From Candidatus Omnitrophota bacterium (lineage in GTDB: Bacteria > Omnitrophota > Gorgyraeia > Gygaellales > Profunditerraquicolaceae), in the NCBI GenBank assembly GCA_041650795.1, contig JBAZKK010000005.1, positions 1 through 57,861 on the forward strand: a DNA stretch of 57,861 nt, given 5' to 3'. Of the stretch, positions 57,601 to 57,861 are shown in pieces. Under the pieces are notes generated by a model, which was given only the letters and a program-made list of their open reading frames with translations, made no database searches and was not told the origin of the DNA. Every line of letters begins with the position of its first letter. The first letter of the stretch is position 1. The translations under genes were made by a program, and so were the position numbers.

Positions 57601-57861
57601 ATTCTTCCAATATTTGCAATGCCTCGGCATACCTCTTCCATTGACCGGCGGTTGCCGAATTAACATTGCGACTATTAATAAAAGCTAGTAACTCTTCGGA
57701 GGTTATCTTGCGGATGTCTGAACCGGAGGGAGTTGTATCTTGATTTTTCTGGTTTTCTTTACCATATCTCTTCAGCGCCACATTCGCCTTAAGGTACTCT
57801 TCCTTGTCCTTGCCTTCGATATCAAGGGTTCTGCCGCCTAATTTCTCGGTGATGGGGGGGG
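36680..57861 (-). CDS. Giant multidomain protein (more than 7,050 aa; 5' end outside the window)
   Basis: Track ORF of 7,033 aa from GTG 57781. I translated the remaining 80 nt and found no stop (…PPITEKLGGRTLDIEGKDKEEYLKANVALKRY), so the gene continues past the edge. Many recognisable enzyme motifs (see findings). Confidence 0.93.
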   Translation of the reverse strand, partial: PPITEKLGGRTLDIEGKDKEEYLKANVALKRYGKENQKNQDTTPSGSDIRKITSEELLAFINSRNVNSATAGQWKRYAEALQILEEWLSVSGKIKGPPVEVAHYNPSTEKIEFASALSNIFGGLNESKTGKLLKGRGFSNNEISGFIDFIYRHENFHKDNPELSEGEIFAFQAGISIQPSAYGQTTGVPVAPELNDRLKEILEQLGYPLNNIEMISAEFWSIFKSGSFDEFRKEAPSRKDADSLMSFIRKMRNFLEMQGINSNSRVHPLLRILVSGLGDSAADVITALEDSRISFGRRRSFEKRIFSYAALPQLTYILFSLLGYGVYGVSASGRALIELWISNDEAIFIDFALRRIEKIRVRECYQRRGAYLVLSLLHQVPDEKLAKARENLYKGNPVAPDECLALLYERLQITSDYGLTPIIFGNLAFVSEKLGKYDEAEDCYKKSVETNSRDPKVYDNLGRLYEKIHNYPQAKEQYLKALELAPDDVVTLNNLGIISEKLGNCQEAEAYYLKALQVNSDDTVTLNNLGVFREKSDKYSEAEDYYRKALESGPKNTRTLNNLGVLCYKLERYEEARALYEEALASDPKDMRAYYNLGFLCEVLGEYGKAESYYQQALEVKPNDKKASHSLAVLHEKMEKAATQLPEKSMAQVDESVSPDFSILPSDLERQTYPARLAGELIKPTIEQLENLKRYFGNNEVVFVDETLTGKIADVKTISGKVAVLSGLASRAPPFNLNEPFSQDFQALINDIIRHETEELETNSHQLACQESYEYFKNHPEELSQLLKAVVFSKIKLEEEYLNGLGYCKIKAIFYFAKEKAVSLIGLGLTWLTQLSVAGEGQAKTGLAEAALVPNSGCDVGPGARTTSPGDLTRTPRIPEIKTAVMIGFGLGLALFALTSPWLVGKQMLGVAGAALFVMSGLDRRDFPVEEYLKIEGEGTSRTVNHARDEAIVQEIRDAGIEGIQFLIRILQKDNRPWMRAKAALLLGEVYKLKQQEIRQALIKSLSGDSSILVRSIIVRMVFAEIAKQHPETRSEIEIAVKRARLNPWPKGKGLRVLDVGCQFAEAAGNMAKYYQKQDSSAVVVGVDYDVAAIIEAERKRKLSNLVFVFADANKEELGPADVVISMNLLIYPNEMRSHAASLAKQVKPNGRIYFAPSIYNGDDYEAITRLVVMKEALKHSLPKANVELFTSWENKIDPFGLPRDTFFQSPWGASVGWVVATLGKHDFARSKSGASLSEEQIEEELRKNQDNSSVCSDSQHLKLRDFCKPARDFLNDSGRQDWVRDLDRILSERNKIHFAPFKLIYGAFYKGALYLDNTILTDPTQLSLTVLHELGAVQGLNHKENLKVEEEFIGYLASERTIGTEVIIAQTDEGSSIGIEFTRFPDGEWGPVILNPYTVKRANVNLRHNIGSPDDLVRVILTLELLRSYKAKTIRLITNRPGSSFSNGLGDFLRSFSDSVGYEKNGVLKDWDASPQPLLDKKEFPIWIDKVLYQHERLEDDAKEAAGEINISAERANIIKNKTNPLDWEISLPDGIKGKNVVLLHSTENSVDIAELWLMLSALRRAGVGSISLINLYAAYSRQDKIFRPGQGVSAAVMLKSIDNLVDNYFVLNIHYGKESGYTGLDGYPYKIYNLNAFVQIAESLFEKLIRWVRPERLEEEFKKHPLLLVAPDDGAYKYICEAAAVLEGYVEYNYGVSLRVYCGYMDKVRTTSTTVVIPGFILDKDGRKIKLVAGRPVRDCWVFVIDDETSSGGTIMAATYALVRKVGVFWHRILTGVVHGKFSHGLKVFNTGRSEKEILAAIEKRKRIEPTLKYIDKERELMPPRLLLSTKSVELPDGFPAQQQVSVGPLVNYAVRKIIGREPDIKPETSRVKRELSLRGAVSLNPQLRDLKAASFDGSIILNDSYLLQTKAILSSLRSAGVEIFVVSDGEKDLLIDELRRRGLLEFIGERHIYAIYPEEIMSLAIRSGVPEEYLSKAGAMRKIMRELNTRPEQLIHFEDSAETAGRIAGICVVAVSLGAMDNLDATLESEVHYLVNGLENADSILRMLGIRNQEIRINLEHIAAVDAASIRKQLSLKSPELAETLGLFFLYADYQNIGSVKINFVAGKSTAGIKFLAEKDAEGERKTMVITTPYFPSVRNLLSSFLGTAMIDNIQIFVHEVDSLYPGKLSRNIKRWLMRNFSLQRASAEKARLEKKFGASLEITETVIPVSRVVPTRNSFEFNKVRIVNNDAEIQEAPIVLLKHPSIKNIYYVLDGNYRVLANNLKGAGMINAFILEFNRPPKQFLYSVKGITDGKTLSSEWAKAAACIETLAAKGHLDNKGIEKINVVIRCNRGTSARLVKKHLVVFYDPTLPRATDNLINVLEDIFDAKGLLPRSEAINHSRPVRQLWEARRHCSQPKVAFGFLRVGAETWFKRALYLTSRSIRAPPYYIGYILGLPLSPLILTVTLIVSLFLPTATTSGQDTKYFIPPSKLSLFTRGALDLHEQAHREGEDEAGALSSEAPYFRSDVPGAELKKRVLEFLAQTFQENVAVTLEEIAAQMPWNLKRRVSQSGLQRALKELCLSGNIIEYEEAGKYLLLDLNIFPKENYVGKGLWGTPLITGGVKGFADILTSGHLTFLPRNVRKYFLKEIYLSFEPKEQAVVDLFIEAYIEMARTAPEEFREQLPEELRIEYKDAFVDSAFSEGGLEELRKVRANLLGLSNDRQMDKEFKDSFAQLAAQKDVVKSVLNGLNAGFESLRQKMPRIKTYQQRDNLVRDLERDMHRALRALLLIQYEDFKDTHWTDRQVVFYRRLVSFYADIFAKIYEPLYAAKPTFVLYYDAELKRQDIFGVGDFYREEKERANSAALKIFPRIYNTFAGVLDWPIPEEDKMKATLSGRIGKFIKMARAYTDVLKIEYPGLRQVPLAVQKAWSEYKQEMGDGVSPDYLFELTTFYRALERICVICAAANAMDFGDPRFQKEASEAGFNEESWLIQKIEEVASRGLYKKQLDEFFEILASVKLKAMVSLGAFRFIFDEARPKVIILTDNAGETVLVMLLASFLLESGFNVVIASRDVPVINDITSQDAVALLGELRRLGYFKNYSEVRLKVISSGSRMFATPAAKLSGSFLREFKDKSTFCVVAMGQGNAESLWQMQSRKPFIHILMAKNPEKIEEFKGIPKHSAMLLVNAPLDIDNILAKEVDMSGEIVCLKDHAVLLSGLYASGKNIIINDAANIYIYAEEFKHLTEEFPRCFGKNVILDASEGLIYLGKVKIGDNARISAEDQTIIRRGAAIGKDCYIADSIIIGSAIEDGQLVVGRKSVAMGREEMRFGLREIGIEPSNELNKDGVSSLSVNKPLYARLIKSGVVIRGEPSTIYVSEEAKVEPGAVVHSYVNILGKSRVRKEAVLGPVVSLRNTYVGTNAKLSRLRAINCLFYEGSEIDDAGLLEDEIIRPYSNIVTSDQKIKLTGVISDHELKKGANGILALRFKPLRAINRYSLIAGGKRKQLPLTFGEIKSRHEDAVTVLGNHIMESISAARDLFIELHDDRRFTAEFMFKVWAAVETLMESHWVDGLTFYEVQALLWQIVWVYAESPFELVKRESDEDALPLSLDLIRLLDSSPNAYQRLSLAMKTVALANLNFFDRRRPESFHDELSLAPRKFNTVLQNIHYGETVNGVLNMIDDKGYFALDQAQEVAERLLKVPKKERINKTVLFNVDNSGEVLYCLVLIREVLKLGYKVVIAANAKPIDDNYDLEDLKKLLDRYEVRQPSFLGKFLDENKVEVISDGSVISGLDLIDVGEEFYSVATDENTIMMFSVGYDLVKDLLTEELSLPAVSMSWVKAPAALEEAGLNVKRGKAMVLFVDKQKTTGQIGKLAAVNTVSEEEEGRRIAKVISVKSGNELGELKLVRSSNKAFRWSLEGLFNDENNEGNYILEAFLENLEKSPPRFYTFSGILGDLFGFSMAEPQLIAVQQAVLNNPLAIFHEIGEHLAQTGALRMELKNRVLKVGIQREEARINLSSRTIRFIRAENWKPGWQSSPHYLLRVLQEELFENQDKELTSLVRGLSLHHFVEANRSPKQAVNRAVNLAQLRHGLLKDWEKINVESPEIKQAVAYLEKLKITVRPVKLGKINFVRAPPSWSKGIVRCRRNGDAYIIIPEGASEGENRSLAYEIAAAVFANKKPSLKLRLRIQQKNTLDIPSPSATNEVSQKGPLKFSTLAGVIVAGAVFLAIVYLKYTSVQHSTLPWLFKNYGIITVVYVFSRIITSFFYRAPKPANYYPSVTVAIPAYNEGESVRETITSCLNTGYPADKLEVIVVNDGSRDNTLKVIEETARPYRNVRVINFHINHGKRQAMGTAIRQAKGEIMVFVDSDSRLEEGSLYKIVQPLIDKRIGAVAGHTEVVNWDKNGLTRMQEVWYYVMFRIFKAAESVFGAVSCCPGCFSAYRREYLLDILPDFENQKFHGKKCTFGDDRNLTNLTLREGKKVIYHSEAKATTIVPETFRQYFKQQLRWKRSWGRESLTVASRFMWKKNPAVSVPYYLSVFISLFSPAVIFYALIWNTLVNGAMAWSYILGVSFVPFLCSLYYLAKKGKSDFIYGVAYMYLYILVLGPLNYYAFLTLGHNGWSTRSVSPKASASAKPVKSKKQHFPADNKIGYLRRVFYAGLIVLPLFLSSFFMLFLPSKRISADIVTNIEYYAYSKGERKFESINDYLNNKSNASAGWTLPLEGWSIDYNNHGVAPSAKNSLRITTSGEAHSDLIHVDSGNTYVLQAMINAETLDDGGIILFIDEYDNNMSHLNRLPYALLSSKGIDYITRQYSPSSQKVGFISISIKAQRYNGTLNVYVDGVRFSRVIDSVAADLLNKPHIVFRFDDGWRSALEATDILEQYGYRGVYNIIPSAIWDEMAKGNDQTASYMSLQDIRELAAKGNQIGTHSGVDDMPNEPYYVKFYETFGNANTLRMLGFVADSYTSPRFRYDQDTLEMIYNHFTSHQIETNDEIRRYQFPFNPYKLYVFVPEQVDAYGNAATNDTLAETISQIDKAAANNATLGLLFHKFTPGQPSVYTELDLDVFRQIVEYVNSKGISVVTYDELLKMQEEALSDLMLNSSFDGIEGEEGTTVPYSESLNNAAATGITDSTRTMNGKELPPWQKSVLNAVTSLVYKLSDNFSRGFGGADNHKATQAAAQALRQAGENGLERLSEEIAAKGLIRAGPKWLFSFLFFFGIRLYGFNYRGYIVINPAFLNNLPELTKTILHETAAISGYPHEKCAALEEQVSCRIGTKTSFASCAIFNLRFAATYFLLWPLGLISEQLAEAVFNNLRLKRAIINVAKGLGGEATYADIKEKLIPIAFKLFDRLMFKMVFRYVYIKTGILIYGRSDRNLRNVEAIRHNYTDEWFIHEGAPFVSVLEKLLIQDKGFLDFLDNVVDVSYTSFEREEVKSQVGFIVQEIYRMKEAGRKDKIRIWFAASASGEEAYHFAAEAIKQGLSGDDFEIIATDLDATDIKAARARTYQKAIAHFFGEKPGLDEEIKNFKVIFGDKDDIRFREKIFQCYNFMSGEPLPFDGKVDFIALNNVIKLWIPLRRLPEFIDKIYPFLNADGCLCICNEAQWNDGISEYVDARRFFKVEGQGNIFRKAAEKECLRLERKTRGLEDSDTGRIVKLLSLPADSRWQNILDALEEMYCDGLEALKRYAPYYRPGRMQHPLTPEVLDYLKEHREKMSFSRHQQMKSFIRENISQDYRRRQNALADVSFLWIIYLALEHLEQSGVTELKDYLERKEEAVRRVVGAYLGLSWQELSRYLSNDDKIDARLEAEFLTSPINPKKVRQIFTEEAQCRHRRGEYNLIAPFKGGDEEEHDEIMLATRRFFASWRIFTKYSAQINSIKENVASLLRDIDTAAEDGRYLLEHPKLDWIVRNVPGLVKNNARLPGLKILIVAYESVSADKILSALTGSLRPLGIGIGVLKGRATTKNMQEEFDKNVIIAQTTKKGEIGNLPAGYQADIIIFYRPEVNENDILGRAGNPGLWYVLEGRGTKDEGLERLIQRRSGISLAIGSLFTLILSGLAGYALLKNGTYGLGFALPFVFGLAFNSQQAPLHSEEDLLAQENIEKIKGILKRLVSEALEELGGAMDNLLSDLSYYCRQEYLKLKETLDLDDVNLMFVNSAPISQKRLERIESLINETQDIAKELNNPYVLLVPAGELSYCLALLRKAMRALNYIQTKGPQPLEEYLKYQRDKAGRGSNKSSQTLINAMAGTGERALSWLTEHGIKHVKIVKISRLLELIEKYKPGPFVIVADISDTAAILEEDLQPGYRIGNIFNLRPEARLPIFFQFKRQELDVLLVSRQFQDKALSFLNDMEYVLFEEEPQDWKVTLHKSAAINPKMPPQESQPEKAEQLSLFAQERKNHNFVSAFQWLFAKFLRLAGKPQAAHYEEIYELGYKVALWKTAGINGTRGSPSPRQRCNAFFHPLANDRTSEEELQSLLHEIIKNQVLTEKESDTLLSEIRTHEQAHRQATQIGIRNPIRSELYALEKQGDGYLVLATSIAEEFVSSLRKDPLVSSDNFYEALALWGCYLTNTRFSDISGFFEFTRGKEERLIALLAQTLYWDRLIGVYLNEIYAGMRKFGINLKKVHRFSYEPEPEIDMAVTLMGSPSDPGIFMAMNFLPSFDGKKFNLSDEELRLYLAHELGHIVFDPADDLYKLLDVISKREALGQDMQRHPYLEWNKFDFVNHGGCQQDQGRFTNNLLELIADRVAIEILGREKVREGLEPRAKIALENWLNFKNDELVGLVKKHPVILSALILQLLLAEAVGLEGSKIISQIKSEVIGVMGEQEAEKLYNLYKEFYAGLRFKAPSASASASHPEEIIPATTGTAKQESFSVQPADFQQSNRRLQDEAVQFIKQMESPDDTDHRQGFLQAMEEIYGWNNIDCCDGATVFALLLQQELHGLGYDFVISSQGPRRIEFINIEVKSFTPAPWPHHAIVMYQDNRPWMYIDPTFSVFFKYNNKHQYAMLVAPIGSLTREEIQGILNENGAGAEVLKVNSGSEWHHPSFDAAAVLDSARDSIKMSELLNRMAGNATVS
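55945..56610 (-). repeat. Array of about seven TPR repeats within the giant protein
   Basis: 34-aa periodic units, e.g. VTLNNLGIISEKLGNCQEAEAYYLKALQVNSD / VTLNNLGVFREKSDKYSEAEDYYRKALESGPK / RTLNNLGVLCYKLERYEEARALYEEALASDPK. Confidence 0.9.

Noticed and set aside
36680-57781. Giant protein as an RTX/MARTX, RHS, NRPS/PKS or adhesin
   Set aside because: No GGxGxD, YD or RHS core, no A/C/T or KS motifs, and no Ig or cadherin repeats were seen; MARTX is used only as a functional analogy.
1-57861. Alternative genetic code, CRISPR array, rRNA/tRNA, prophage or IS elements
   Set aside because: TAA, TGA and TAG all terminate well-supported genes. I saw no spaced direct-repeat array, structural RNA signature, integrase, transposase or phage gene. 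The 11-bp and 34-aa periodicities are explained by operators and TPRs.

Overview
Every credible gene in this 57.9 kb window lies on the minus strand. The DNA looks like a diderm PVC-superphylum bacterium, most likely Candidatus Omnitrophota. That is an inference from the giant mosaic gene, a C-terminal GGIDL-type large protein and a porin ending in Phe. Four blocks in transcription order (right to left): (1) a giant gene of more than 7,050 codons, open past the right edge. It strings together TPR, HEAT, SAM-methyltransferase, PRPP-synthetase-like, HAD-like, ParB/Srx-like, two DUF89/ARMT1-like, left-handed beta-helix, hyaluronan-synthase-like GT2, CBM-like, CE4-deacetylase-like, CheR-like, HExxH zincin-like and Cys-His-Asp domains. 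These are punctuated by a recurring 'RAPP...HE' module. (2) Two PilZ genes and a carbohydrate locus: ABC sugar importer, GPH-family MFS with an Arg-rich tail, two clan GH-A hydrolases, a tandem CBM-like protein, a TPR protein, ROK and LacI regulators. (3) nrdJ with tandem NrdR boxes, then apgM. (4) A phosphate region: TPR-mnmG-queG-like-phoB-phoR, an 85-aa ORF, a 1,507-aa orphan, a TPR protein, two extra response regulators, a porin and pstSCA. By eye I found four promoters with identical geometry (4 hexamers at 11-bp period, a 9-nt gap, then a -10). They look like Pho boxes and would place the large orphan gene and the two tRNA-modification genes in the Pho regulon. I saw no rRNA, tRNA, CRISPR array or transposase. 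All domain calls come from manual motif recognition, not database searches, and internal domain coordinates are approximate.
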